The translations under genes were made by a program, and so were the position numbers. The notes beneath the pieces were generated by a model, which was not told where the DNA came from, searched no databases, and saw only the letters and a program-made list of their open reading frames with translations. 64,000 nucleotides of DNA. It comes from an uncultured Gammaproteobacteria bacterium. GTDB taxonomy: Bacteria > Patescibacteriota > Patescibacteriia > Magasanikbacterales > UBA922. Shown here one piece after another: positions 1 to 9,301 of the stretch. Numbering within the stretch: the first letter of the stretch is position 1; each line of letters opens with the position of its first letter. The DNA lies in assembly GCA_964592785.1 (NCBI GenBank), contig CAZQHU010000002.1, positions 12,680-76,679 of the forward strand, written 5' to 3'.

Positions 1-245
1 AAAAACAAATATTGGTTGAACAGGTAAATTGGATTAGACAAAAATCAAAATTTCCATTAAAATGTTTAGTGAGATTGAGACATCGTCAGTCATTGCAACA
101 AGCAGTAGTTTTTCCTCTTAAAAAAGGGGGAGGAAAGAGAATTTTGGTGGTCAATTTTATTAAACCCCAGCGTGCCATCACTCCCGGTCAGTTTGCTGTT
201 TTTTATAAAAATAATGAATGCTTGGGTGGAGGAGTAATAAAATAA
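1..245 (+). CDS. mnmA: tRNA 2-thiouridylase MnmA, C-terminal part (runs off window start)
   Basis: C-terminal motif PQRAITPGQFAVFY...CLGGGVI typical of MnmA. Confidence 0.9.
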   Translation, partial: KQILVEQVNWIRQKSKFPLKCLVRLRHRQSLQQAVVFPLKKGGGKRILVVNFIKPQRAITPGQFAVFYKNNECLGGGVIK

Positions 246-247
246 AT

Positions 248-340
248 ATGTCATGGATTTGGGAATTATTTATTTCAAGTATTGGTATTATTATTTTGGT
301 TATCATTTTGGTTTTTGTGGCTTTTAAAATTAGACAATAG
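248..340 (+). CDS. 30-aa single-transmembrane small protein (not in ORF track)
   Basis: ATG 248 to TAG 340: MSWIWELFISSIGIIILVIILVFVAFKIRQ; fills the gap 2 nt after the mnmA stop and 7 nt before the alaS ATG. Confidence 0.55.
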   Translation: MSWIWELFISSIGIIILVIILVFVAFKIRQ

Positions 341-347
341 TTTATAT

Positions 348-2165
348 ATGTTAACATCCAAAGAACTTCGTCAAAAATATTTAGATTTTTTTCAAAAACA
401 CGGGCACTCTATCATCCCGTCAGCTTCGCTTATTCCAGAAAATGATCCTACTGTACTTTTTACCACAGCTGGCATGCATCCGCTCGTGCCTTATTTATTG
501 GGTGAAAAGCACCCGGCTGGAAACAGGTTGACCAATGTTCAAAAATGCGTGAGAACTGGGGATATTGATGAAGTTGGGGATAGTAGTCATTTAACTTTTT
601 TTGAGATGCTTGGCAACTGGTCTTTGGGGGATTATTTCAAAATGGAATCTATTCAGTGGAGTTGGGAATTTTTGACTTCAGCTGATTATTTAAATTTAGA
701 TAAAAATAAATTAGCAGTGTCAGTTTTTGAAGGTGATGCAGATGCTCCTTTTGATGATATGGCTTATAACGCTTGGTTGAATGCTGGAATACCAGTTGAA
801 AGGATTGCCCAACTGCCAAAGAAAAATAATTGGTGGGGTCCAGCAGGTGTTACTGGTCCTTGCGGTCCGGATACTGAAATATTTTATTGGGTGGGAAAAA
901 CCAATCTTCCCCCGGCTGGTAGCAATCCCGGAACTGATGAAGATAATTGGTTGGAAATTTGGAATAATGTTTTCATGCAATATTTTAAAAAAGAAGATAA
1001 AACTTTTGAACCACTCCAACAAAAAAATGTTGACACTGGTATGGGAATGGAGCGAACTTTGGTGACTTTGAATGGTTTTACTGATGTATTTGAAGTAGAT
1101 ACTCTCAAACCAATTATTGAGAAGATTGAGAATATTTCTGGTAAGAGATATAAAGTTGAGGATTCTTCCCCGCAAGGCGGGGTTCAAAATGACATTGTCT
1201 CAATGCGCATTGTGGCAGATCATTTGCGTACCGCGACAATGATCATGGGTGATAGTCGAGGTGTAGCACCAAGCAATGTTGACCAAGGTTATATTGTGCG
1301 TCGTCTGATTCGTCGTGCCGTTCGTCATGGACGCTTGCTGGGTATCAGTGAAAATTTTTGTGCTGAGGTTTCTGAAGAAGTTATCAATATTTTTGCGGAG
1401 ATTTATCCGGAATTAAACAAAAATAAAATTTTTGTTCTTACTGAAATGGAAAAAGAGGAAACAAAATTTAGAAATACACTAGAACAGGGGATCAAAGCTT
1501 TTAATCAATATATATTAATAAACAGTGAGGCAGGAAAAACAATTTCAGGAAAAGAAGCTTTTGATCTTTTTCAATCATATGGGTTTCCTTTGGAGATGAC
1601 AATTGAGCTCGCAACTGAGAAAGGATTAAAAGTTGATGTAGAAAAATATCAGGAGGAAATGAAAAAACATCAAGAATTATCCAGAGCTGGCGCAGAACAA
1701 AAGTTTAAAGGAGGTTTGGCAGATACTTCGGAAATATCCACCAAATATCATACAGCTACTCATTTGCTCTTGGCGGCTTTGCGTCAGATTTTGGGTACAG
1801 ACATTGTGCAAAAGGGGAGTAATATTACTGCTGAAAGATTGAGGTTTGATTTCAATTGGCCAGAAAAATTAACTTCTGAACAACTTCAAGCCGTGGAAAA
1901 TTTAGTAAATCAAAAAATTGCTGAAAAAATTTCTGTTACTGTGACTGAGATGCCCAAAACAGAAGCTGAAGATATTGTCACTGTTCGTTCTTTTGATCTG
2001 GATAAGTATGGTGATGTGGTAAAAGTTTACAAGATTGATGGTTTTAGTATAGAATTTTGTGGCGGTCCTCATGTGGAAAATACTGGTGTCTTGGGTCACT
2101 TTAAGATTGTCAAAGAAGAAGCTTCTAGCGCTGGAGTTAGGAGAATTAAAGCTATTTTAGAATAA
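348..2165 (+). CDS. alaS: Alanyl-tRNA synthetase (compact form, no C-Ala domain)
   Basis: MLTSKELRQKYLDFF start, FTTAGMHP, QKCVRTGD, HLTFFEMLGNWS, editing motifs HTATH and CGGPH; ATG 348 preferred over the track start 282. Confidence 0.97.
   Translation: MLTSKELRQKYLDFFQKHGHSIIPSASLIPENDPTVLFTTAGMHPLVPYLLGEKHPAGNRLTNVQKCVRTGDIDEVGDSSHLTFFEMLGNWSLGDYFKMESIQWSWEFLTSADYLNLDKNKLAVSVFEGDADAPFDDMAYNAWLNAGIPVERIAQLPKKNNWWGPAGVTGPCGPDTEIFYWVGKTNLPPAGSNPGTDEDNWLEIWNNVFMQYFKKEDKTFEPLQQKNVDTGMGMERTLVTLNGFTDVFEVDTLKPIIEKIENISGKRYKVEDSSPQGGVQNDIVSMRIVADHLRTATMIMGDSRGVAPSNVDQGYIVRRLIRRAVRHGRLLGISENFCAEVSEEVINIFAEIYPELNKNKIFVLTEMEKEETKFRNTLEQGIKAFNQYILINSEAGKTISGKEAFDLFQSYGFPLEMTIELATEKGLKVDVEKYQEEMKKHQELSRAGAEQKFKGGLADTSEISTKYHTATHLLLAALRQILGTDIVQKGSNITAERLRFDFNWPEKLTSEQLQAVENLVNQKIAEKISVTVTEMPKTEAEDIVTVRSFDLDKYGDVVKVYKIDGFSIEFCGGPHVENTGVLGHFKIVKEEASSAGVRRIKAILE
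1161..1194. repeat. Half of a GTCAT-family palindromic element, in frame in alaS
   Basis: gattcttccccgcaaggcggggttcaaaatgaca; reverse complement resembles the left arm at 30658; encodes DSSPQGGVQND. Confidence 0.75.
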
Positions 2166-2169
2166 TTTT

Positions 2170-2616
2170 GTGTTTGAAAAAATATTTTTTTTCTTAAAAA
2201 ATAATCAAAAACAATTATTTCGTTATTTTATTACCGGTTCTTCAGCCTTTGTTTTGGATTTTGCTACTCTGCTATTTTTAAAAGAAAGTTTATCTTTACA
2301 TCCTGCTTTGGCCGTGGCCCTAAATCAGATTTTGGTTTTAAATTATGTTTTTTTGATGAATAAACACTGGTCTTTTGGTTCCAAAGGCGAAGTAAAAACT
2401 CAGATGTTAAGATTTTTTATTTTAATGTCTTGGAATTATGTTTTTTCAGTATCTTGGATTTGGATTTGGGTTGAGTGGTTGGATTTTTCTTTTTATTTGC
2501 CTTGGTTTAGTCAAAATATAGGTTATTTGATTGGACGTTTGGTGAGTATTTTGATACAAGTTAGTTGGAATTTCTTGTTGTATAAACATTGGATATACAA
2601 AAATGCACTTAAATAA
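2170..2616 (+). CDS. GtrA family membrane protein
   Basis: QLFRYFITGSSAFVLDF...NYVFLMNKHWSF...WNFLLYKHWIY, four hydrophobic helices. Confidence 0.85.
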   Translation: MFEKIFFFLKNNQKQLFRYFITGSSAFVLDFATLLFLKESLSLHPALAVALNQILVLNYVFLMNKHWSFGSKGEVKTQMLRFFILMSWNYVFSVSWIWIWVEWLDFSFYLPWFSQNIGYLIGRLVSILIQVSWNFLLYKHWIYKNALK

Positions 2617-2655
2617 GCAAAAAACTTATTCACACCTTGGACGGATTTTTTGCCC

Positions 2656-2684
2656 TTGACAGGGTATAATAAATCCTGTAAAAT
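2656..2684 (+). promoter_or_regulatory. sigma70-type promoter for the infA operon
   Basis: TTGACA-17 nt-TAAAAT, 24 nt upstream of the infA ATG. Confidence 0.75.
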
Positions 2685-2708
2685 AGCGCCGAGGTTAAAA
2701 AATATCTC

Positions 2709-2924
2709 ATGTCAAAAAAAGATGTAGTGGAAATGCGTGGGAGCATTGAAGAATTGCTTCCCGGCGCTATGTTCCGTGTAAAATTAGAGAACGACCATGA
2801 AATCATTGCCCATCTCTCTGGAAAAATGCGAATGAATCATATTCGTTTGGGAGTAGGCGATGAGGTCAAAGTTGAAATGACCCCTTATGATTTGACTAAG
2901 GGTCGGATCAATTATCGTTTTTAA
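2709..2924 (+). CDS. infA: Translation initiation factor IF-1
   Basis: [14 protein letters not shown]...[13 protein letters not shown]...PYDLTKGRI. Confidence 0.98.
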   Translation: MSKKDVVEMRGSIEELLPGAMFRVKLENDHEIIAHLSGKMRMNHIRLGVGDEVKVEMTPYDLTKGRINYRF

Positions 2925-2932
2925 TAAAATTT

Positions 2933-3031
2933 AAGGAGTATCAACCAGTGCGGTGTAGCTCAAGTCCCTGCGAATAGGCTTTTGTGTCATTAGGGCGAGC
3001 GCCAAAATCGCGGCAGTGGTTGGTATTTTTT
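2933..3031 (+). ncRNA. Candidate structured RNA / ribosomal-operon leader between infA and rpmJ
   Basis: GC-richer intergenic segment with nested complementarity: gagtatcaacca/tggttggtattt, gcggt/atcgc, gctc/gagc, ccctg/taggg, with G-U pairs on +. Confidence 0.45.
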
Positions 3032-3042
3032 TAACTTATTTT

Positions 3043-3180
3043 ATGAAAGTTCAGGCCTCGGTAAAACCCAGATGTGCTAAATGCAAAACTGTGAGAAGAA
3101 GCGGCACAGTTTATGTTATTTGCGATAATCCGCGCCATAAACAGCGCCAGGGTTCTAAATTAAGAAAAAAATCCGCTTAA
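3043..3180 (+). CDS. rpmJ: 50S ribosomal protein L36 (Zn-ribbon form; missing from ORF track)
   Basis: [45 protein letters not shown]; canonical position between infA and rpsM. Confidence 0.97.
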   Translation: MKVQASVKPRCAKCKTVRRSGTVYVICDNPRHKQRQGSKLRKKSA

Positions 3181-3190
3181 TTTTAAATCT

Positions 3191-3577
3191 ATGCGTGTTG
3201 CCGGTGTAACAATTCCTAAAGAAAAAAAGGTAGAGGTCTCATTGACCTATGTTTTTGGTATTGGTAAAACTTCCGCTAAAAAAATTCTAGCGGCTGCTCA
3301 GATCGATGGAAATATTAGAGTCAAAGATTTGACTGAGAGCCAGGAAGATAAGATTCGTACAATTGTTGAAAAACAATACAAGACAGAAGGTGATTTACGT
3401 CGTGAAGTTCAAAGCAATATCAAGCGTTTAAAAGATATTAAATGTTATCGTGGTGCTCGTCACACCAAACATCTACCAGCTCGTGGTCAAAGAACCAAGA
3501 CTAACAGTCGAACAGTGCGGGGTAATAAGAGAAATATTGCTCCTTCTGGTAAAAAACCAGCTGCACAAAAGACCTAA
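3191..3577 (+). CDS. rpsM: 30S ribosomal protein S13
   Basis: RVAGV...LTYVFGIG...CYRGARH...[11 protein letters not shown]. Confidence 0.98.
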   Translation: MRVAGVTIPKEKKVEVSLTYVFGIGKTSAKKILAAAQIDGNIRVKDLTESQEDKIRTIVEKQYKTEGDLRREVQSNIKRLKDIKCYRGARHTKHLPARGQRTKTNSRTVRGNKRNIAPSGKKPAAQKT

Positions 3578-3598
3578 AGTTTGTTAATTTTATAATTT

Positions 3599-3991
3599 AT
3601 GGCGAAAACTGTTAAAAATACAAAAAAGAAAAAAGTAGCAAAACAAGTTTCTCATGGCCGTGCTTATATTCAAGCTACTTTCAACAATACCATTGTCAGT
3701 TTAACTGATCCGAATGGTGATGTGTTGGGTTGGGCTTCGGCTGGTATGGTTGGTTTTAAAGGGCCCAAAAAAGCTACTCCTTATGCTGCTTCGCAAGTGG
3801 TTAAGAGAATTGTTGATAATATTGCTGAAGTTGGCTTGAAAGAAGTCAATGTTTTTGTCAAAGGTATAGGCGGTGGTCGTGAAGGAGCTATTCGCGCCTT
3901 GAATAACAATGGTATTCAAGTTTTATCTATCAAGGATATTACACCAATTCCACACAATGGCTGTCGTCCTCCAAAACGTCGCCGCGTCTAA
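3599..3991 (+). CDS. rpsK: 30S ribosomal protein S11
   Basis: ATFNNTIV...KKATPYAA...[18 protein letters not shown]. Confidence 0.98.
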   Translation: MAKTVKNTKKKKVAKQVSHGRAYIQATFNNTIVSLTDPNGDVLGWASAGMVGFKGPKKATPYAASQVVKRIVDNIAEVGLKEVNVFVKGIGGGREGAIRALNNNGIQVLSIKDITPIPHNGCRPPKRRRV

Positions 3992-4009
3992 TTTTAGTAA
4001 ATTTTTATT

Positions 4010-4633
4010 ATGGGAAGATCTATTGGACCAAAAAATAAAATCGCACGCCGCTTTGGCGTTAATTTGGGTTTGAAGAGCAATCCTACCAAAGTTGCTCGCC
4101 GTTTAAGTCAGCCACCAGGAGTACATGGCCCCAAAAAACGTCCTGGTGCTTCTTCCAGTTATGGTAAACAGCTTTTGGAAAAACAGAAAGCCAAATTATT
4201 GTATGGTTTGAGAGAGCGTCAGTTTGCCCGTTATGTAAAAATGGCTACTTCTCAAACTGGGGATTCGGGAGTAACTTTACAACGTATTTTGGAATCACGT
4301 TTGGATAATATAGTCTATCGTTTAGGCTTTGCTCTTACTAGAGCACAGGCTCGTCAGTTTGTCAGTCACGGTATGTTCAAAGTTAATGGTAGAAAAAATA
4401 ATATTCCTTCCCACTTATTAAAAGTTGGAGATGAAATTAGTTTGGCTGAAAATAAAACTAAAAAACAAATTTTTGTAGGTATTGAAGATAGGCTTTCAAA
4501 AATAGAACTTCCAGCTTGGTTGAAGATTGATCCAACCAAAAAATCTGGTAAAGTTTTAAATTTGCCTGAAGAAAGGGATTTCGAAAGAATTTTTGATGTA
4601 AAATTAATTATTGAGTATTATTCAACTCGTTAA
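4010..4633 (+). CDS. rpsD: 30S ribosomal protein S4
   Basis: YGKQLLEKQKAK..YGLRERQF..LESRLDNIVYRLG..RAQARQFVSHG. Confidence 0.98.
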   Translation: MGRSIGPKNKIARRFGVNLGLKSNPTKVARRLSQPPGVHGPKKRPGASSSYGKQLLEKQKAKLLYGLRERQFARYVKMATSQTGDSGVTLQRILESRLDNIVYRLGFALTRAQARQFVSHGMFKVNGRKNNIPSHLLKVGDEISLAENKTKKQIFVGIEDRLSKIELPAWLKIDPTKKSGKVLNLPEERDFERIFDVKLIIEYYSTR

Positions 4634-4685
4634 TCTGTCCTTGGAGTCGGTTCCAAGAGACTTTTAATCTTTAGCATTATTTTTT

Positions 4686-5498
4686 ATGGAGGATATACTT
4701 TTGCCAACTACAATAGAATTTAACGAAGGAGAAACCAAAAATGTTGGGAAAGTTGTGATTACCCCTTGCCAGCAAGGTTATGGTACTACTCTGGGTAATG
4801 CTCTTCGTCGTGTACTTTTGTCTTCTTTGCCGGGTGCGGCAGTTGAGGCAGTGAAGATTTCTGGTGTTTCTCATGAATTTTCCACTGTTGAAGGCGTAAG
4901 AGAAGATATGATTCAAATTATTTTGAATCTTAAACAATTGGCTGTGCGTTGTTTTTCTGACCAGCCAGTCACTCTTTCTTTGCATAAAAAAGGTAAAGGT
5001 GATGTAACAGCCGCTGATTTTGAAAAAAATGCTGATGTGGAAATTGTGAATTCTGATTTGAAATTATTTACTATCACTTCGGACGCTACCAAGATTGACA
5101 TGGAAATTATTATTGGTAGAGGGCGAGGTTTCAAACCGGTAGAAGAAAAAAATTCCAAAGCTTTGGATTTGGGTACTATTTTGATTGATTCTCTTTATAC
5201 TCCTATTCGGGATATTGGTTATAATGTAGAATTGACTCGCGTGGGTGATGTTACTGACTATGAAAAATTGAATTTGCACATTGAAACCAATGGCACAATT
5301 ACTCCCAAAGAAGCAGTTCAACAGGCTACTAAAATATTACTGGAACATTTTTCTTTGATTTTGGAAGCTGCGGATGAACAAGGTCTCAAAAAAAGTAGTT
5401 CAGCATTAACAGAAGAAGAAACAGTTGAAACAACAGAAACAGAAATTTCCGAAGAACCTAAGAAAAAAACTGCTCGTAAAAAAGCTAAAAAAGAATAA
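4686..5498 (+). CDS. rpoA: RNA polymerase alpha subunit (NTD only, charged tail in place of alpha-CTD)
   Basis: GYGTTLGNALRRVLLSSLPG, HEFSTVEGVRED, GRGRGF; ends at 270 aa with an E/T-rich then K-rich tail. Confidence 0.97.
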   Translation: MEDILLPTTIEFNEGETKNVGKVVITPCQQGYGTTLGNALRRVLLSSLPGAAVEAVKISGVSHEFSTVEGVREDMIQIILNLKQLAVRCFSDQPVTLSLHKKGKGDVTAADFEKNADVEIVNSDLKLFTITSDATKIDMEIIIGRGRGFKPVEEKNSKALDLGTILIDSLYTPIRDIGYNVELTRVGDVTDYEKLNLHIETNGTITPKEAVQQATKILLEHFSLILEAADEQGLKKSSSALTEEETVETTETEISEEPKKKTARKKAKKE

Positions 5499-5500
5499 CT

Positions 5501-5851
5501 ATGCGTCATCAAAAGAAAAAATTTACCCTTGGCAGGACTACCAAACCACGACGCGCGCTTATGCGTTCACAGGTGGAGAGTTTGGTTTTGCATGGGGGAA
5601 TCAAAACTACTCTGGCAAAAGCCAAGGCTTTGCGTACCATTGTAGAACCCTTGGTTACTAGAGCCAAGAAAGATACAGTTGCCAATCGTCGTTTAGCCAT
5701 GAAAACACTTTATACACAAAAAGCATTGCGTAAACTTTTTACTGAGATTGGTCCGCGTTATCAGACCAGACAGGGTGGCTATACTAGAATCATCAAATTA
5801 GCTGTTCGTCCTCATGATGCTGCTCCTACTGCCAAAATTGAATTTGTCTAA
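5501..5851 (+). CDS. rplQ: 50S ribosomal protein L17
   Basis: MRHQKK..LGR..IKTTLAKAKALR..RQGGYTRIIK. Confidence 0.98.
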   Translation: MRHQKKKFTLGRTTKPRRALMRSQVESLVLHGGIKTTLAKAKALRTIVEPLVTRAKKDTVANRRLAMKTLYTQKALRKLFTEIGPRYQTRQGGYTRIIKLAVRPHDAAPTAKIEFV

Positions 5852-5861
5852 AATTAAATTT

Positions 5862-6218
5862 ATGAATACCAAAAGAGAAAAAATTGAAATTGATGCGGCA
5901 GGAAAAGCTCCTGGCAGAGTAGCTACTCAGGTGGCTATGGCTTTGCGTGGCAAAAATAAACCAGGTTTTGCTCCCCATATTGATAATGGTGCCAAGGTGA
6001 CAGTTATCAATGCTAGTCAGGTAAAGTTTACCGGTCGTAAATTGGCTCAAAAAGATTATTATCATCATAGTATGCACCCGGGTGGTATCAAACGCACTCC
6101 GATGCAGAAAGTTTTTTTAGCAAAGCCAGAAACCATAATCCGTAAGGCTGTTAATGGCATGCTTCCCAAAAATAAATTAAGAAAAGAAATGATGAAAAGA
6201 TTGGTAATTAAAGCTTAA
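5862..6218 (+). CDS. rplM: 50S ribosomal protein L13
   Basis: IDAAGKAPGRVAT..LRGKNKP..YYHHSMHPGG..GMLPKNKL; ATG 5862. Confidence 0.97.
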   Translation: MNTKREKIEIDAAGKAPGRVATQVAMALRGKNKPGFAPHIDNGAKVTVINASQVKFTGRKLAQKDYYHHSMHPGGIKRTPMQKVFLAKPETIIRKAVNGMLPKNKLRKEMMKRLVIKA

Positions 6219-6223
6219 ATTTT

Positions 6224-6634
6224 ATGGCAAATTTGAAAAAAGAAAATTCAACTACTCGAGCGGTTGGACGTCGTAAAACTTCTTCTGCCAGAGTACAATT
6301 GGAACTCAAGAAAGATGGAGAAATTGTTGTCAATGGAAAATCTTTGGCAGTGTATTTTCCTTTGGATCTTTATCAACAAAAAATTAAAGCTCCTTTGGTA
6401 AAAGTTGGTAAAGAAAAAGACTTCGCCATTTCTGTAAAAGTCGTCGGTGGTGGTGTCAATTCTCAAGCTGAAGCTGTACGCCATGGTATTGCGAGAGCCT
6501 TGGTAGAATGGAATGAAGATTTTAAAAGTGTTTTGAAATCAGAAGGTTTTTTGACTCGTGATTCACGAGCCAAAGAAAGAAAGAAATTTGGACGTCATGG
6601 AGCAAGAAGGGGACATCAATGGAGAAAACGTTAA
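6224..6634 (+). CDS. rpsI: 30S ribosomal protein S9
   Basis: GRRKTSSARV..GGGVNSQAEAVRHGIARAL..LTRDSRAKERKKFG. Confidence 0.98.
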   Translation: MANLKKENSTTRAVGRRKTSSARVQLELKKDGEIVVNGKSLAVYFPLDLYQQKIKAPLVKVGKEKDFAISVKVVGGGVNSQAEAVRHGIARALVEWNEDFKSVLKSEGFLTRDSRAKERKKFGRHGARRGHQWRKR

Positions 6635-6647
6635 TTTTTTCGAATCA

Positions 6648-6680
6648 AAAAAGAGACCAATATGGTCTCTTTTCTTTTAT
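6648..6680 (+). terminator. Intrinsic terminator after rpsI
   Basis: aaaagagacca-ata-tggtctctttt followed by T-tract. Confidence 0.8.
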
Positions 6681-6725
6681 TATTGAAAAATAATGATAAT
6701 TGAGGTAAAATATGACAGTAAACTT

Positions 6726-8156
6726 ATGTCAAATTCTGTAGCCAAAAACACAGCTTTTATCACCAGTGCTTACGTTGGACAAAAGATTATTTCTTTTGTT
6801 TATTTTACTTTGATCGCTCGCCATTTGGGAGCAGAAAATACTGGTAAATATTTTTTTGCTATGTCTTTCACCACTATTTTTGTGGTTTTTGTAGATTTGG
6901 GTTTGACCAATGTTTTGGTGAGAGAAGCCGCGAGAATAAAAGAAAATGTTCAAAAATATTTTTCCAGTATTTTGTTTGTCAAAATAATTCTGGGTATTTT
7001 TAGTTATTTGGCGGCTTTTGCTACGATAAATTTATTGGGATATGATGTGGAAATCAAAAATTTGGTTTATCTCTCAGCGGTCACCATGCTTTTTGATTCT
7101 CTGCATTTATCAATTTACGGGGTTTTGCGAGCTTTGGGTAATTTGAAATATGAGGCTTTGGGGATTGTCGGTTCACAAACAATTACTTTGTTTTTGGGCA
7201 CTTTCTTTTTGTATACCAATAAGCCATTGATTTACTTAATAGTAGCTTTTGTTGTGCCAAGTTTTTTGAACGTTTGTTATGCTGGTATAACTTTGTACAA
7301 AAAATATCAAATTAAATTTCGACCACATTTTGATAAAGAAATATTTAAATACTTAGGGAAAATCGCCATCCCTTTTGCTTTGGCGGCTATTTTTGCCAGA
7401 GTTTATTCTTACATAGATTCAATTATTCTTTCCAAAATGGTGGGTGATACGGCTGTCGGTTGGTATAGTATCCCATATAAAATTACCTATGCTTTTCAGT
7501 TTATACCTCTGGCTTTGACAGCCGCGCTCTATCCTCGTTTCAGTGAATTTTTTATTTTTGATAAACAAAAATTGGCTTATTATTTTGAAAGGGGGATGAA
7601 ATATTTAATGATTATAGTTTTTCCCATTGCTATCGGCATAGGGGTATTAAGTAAAGAAATTATTTTGTCTATTTACTCCAGTGAATTTTTGCCTTCTATT
7701 TTACCTTTAAAAATTTTGATGATAAGTTTAGTTTTTTCTTTTCTGAGTTTTCCAATTGGTTCACTACTCAATGCTTGCAACCGACAAACTGCCCAGACAA
7801 TTTTGGTATTGGTGGTTTTGATTTTTAATATAACTCTCAATTTAATTTTAATTCCCCAATATGGAGTAGTAGGAGCAGCTTTGGCCGCTTTGGCTGGTAA
7901 TATTGTTTTGACTGGGGTTGGTTTTGTGTTGGTGCAAAAAGTTAGTAAAATTCCCAATAAATTGTTGTTTAAAGATTTTATTTATTTATTATTTTGTGCC
8001 ACAATAATGGGGATAGTCGTTCGTTTGTCGGCGGATCGTTGGCACTACCTATGGGCAATTATTTTGGGGATGATTACTTATCCAGCTTTGCTTTTTTTGA
8101 CTCGGATGATAACTAGAAAACAAATTTTAGAGGCTATTTATTTAGTAAAAAGATAA
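6726..8156 (+). CDS. Polysaccharide flippase (Wzx/MOP family)
   Basis: VAKNT..IARHLG..DLGL..REAAR, IDSIILSKM..VGWYS; many TM helices. Confidence 0.88.
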   Translation: MSNSVAKNTAFITSAYVGQKIISFVYFTLIARHLGAENTGKYFFAMSFTTIFVVFVDLGLTNVLVREAARIKENVQKYFSSILFVKIILGIFSYLAAFATINLLGYDVEIKNLVYLSAVTMLFDSLHLSIYGVLRALGNLKYEALGIVGSQTITLFLGTFFLYTNKPLIYLIVAFVVPSFLNVCYAGITLYKKYQIKFRPHFDKEIFKYLGKIAIPFALAAIFARVYSYIDSIILSKMVGDTAVGWYSIPYKITYAFQFIPLALTAALYPRFSEFFIFDKQKLAYYFERGMKYLMIIVFPIAIGIGVLSKEIILSIYSSEFLPSILPLKILMISLVFSFLSFPIGSLLNACNRQTAQTILVLVVLIFNITLNLILIPQYGVVGAALAALAGNIVLTGVGFVLVQKVSKIPNKLLFKDFIYLLFCATIMGIVVRLSADRWHYLWAIILGMITYPALLFLTRMITRKQILEAIYLVKR

Positions 8157-8157
8157 T

Positions 8158-9297
8158 ATGAAAAAGGTTTTGATTATCACTTTGGAATATCCACCCCAGG
8201 TCGGAGGAATTGCGACTTATTTGAAAGAATTTGCCAATCATTTGGAACCACAACAAACAATAGTGTTGGCACCAAAAAATAAAAATGCCCAGGAGTTTGA
8301 TAATTTACAAACTTATAAAACTATTAGAAAAAAGTTTTATTTTCCTCTACCAATTTGGCCACGTTGGTTGCGTCTGGTTTGGCAAACTTTTTGGATTTGT
8401 CGAAAAGAAAAAGTTAAATTGGTTTTGATTCACCATGTGTTACCGGTCGGTTATGTGGGAATAATCATTAAAAAGTTGTTAAAAATACCTTTTCTAGTTT
8501 TTTCTCACGGCACTGACATACAATTGGCTTCAACCAATCCTTGGAAAAAAAGAATGTTTATAAAAGTGGCTAAGCAGGCGGAGCAATTATTTTTTAATAG
8601 TGAATCACTCAAACGTCGGACCGGAGAAATCTTTCCTGATTTTGAGTCAAAATTTTCTGTGCTTTATCCTTGTCCCAATCAAGATTTTTTCTCACCCCCC
8701 AAAACGGAAATTATTGAGGATTTGAAAGCTCGTTATGCTTTGGAAGGCAAGAAAGTTATGCTGACTGTCGGAAGAATGGAAGATGGCAAAGGCTATCCAC
8801 ATCTTTTACGAATTTTTTCACAAATTATTAAAGATATTCCCAATCTTATTTGGCTGGTGATTGGTGATGGCAGCAAAAGGCAGCGGTTTTTGGAGGAAGC
8901 GGAAAAAAAATCTTTGCAAAGTTCTATTCGTTATTTAGGTGAGATATCCTATTTAGAATTAAAAAATTATTATTATTTGGCAGATTTATTTGTTTTACTT
9001 ACTCATCCTGATGAAGGAAAAGAGGAAGGTTTGGGTTTGGTGTTTTTGGAAGCTGCCGCCGCGGGGCTACCGGTGGTAGCTGGTAAAAGTGGTGGTGTAG
9101 AAGAAGCAGTTTTGCACGAGGTCACTGGTAAGGTTTTCAATGTTTACCAGGAGGATAAAATTATTGTTGAAAATGTAGTTGCACTTTTGAAAAATAAAGA
9201 ATTATCCCAAAAATTTGGACAAGCAGGTAAACTTAGGATGAGAAATGATTTTCAATGGTCTTTGGAGATTAAAAAATTAGATAAATGGATAATTTAG
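8158..9297 (+). CDS. Glycosyltransferase family 4
   Basis: EYPPQVGGIATY, FSHGTD, EGLGLVFLEAAAAGLPVV (EX7E). Confidence 0.92.
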   Translation: MKKVLIITLEYPPQVGGIATYLKEFANHLEPQQTIVLAPKNKNAQEFDNLQTYKTIRKKFYFPLPIWPRWLRLVWQTFWICRKEKVKLVLIHHVLPVGYVGIIIKKLLKIPFLVFSHGTDIQLASTNPWKKRMFIKVAKQAEQLFFNSESLKRRTGEIFPDFESKFSVLYPCPNQDFFSPPKTEIIEDLKARYALEGKKVMLTVGRMEDGKGYPHLLRIFSQIIKDIPNLIWLVIGDGSKRQRFLEEAEKKSLQSSIRYLGEISYLELKNYYYLADLFVLLTHPDEGKEEGLGLVFLEAAAAGLPVVAGKSGGVEEAVLHEVTGKVFNVYQEDKIIVENVVALLKNKELSQKFGQAGKLRMRNDFQWSLEIKKLDKWII

Positions 9298-9301
9298 ATT
9301 T

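Noticed and set aside
282-347. Hydrophobic N-terminal extension of AlaRS in the ORF track
   Set aside because: The conserved N-terminus starts at ATG 348; the region is better explained by the 248-340 small ORF in another frame.
2950-3003. tRNA-like start gcggtgtagctcaag
   Set aside because: No T-loop (TTCRA), anticodon arm or acceptor-stem complement; kept only as a structured-RNA candidate.
4637-4665. Hairpin plus short T-run between rpsD and rpoA as a terminator
   Set aside because: Short bulged stem with only four T inside a normally co-transcribed operon; too weak to call.
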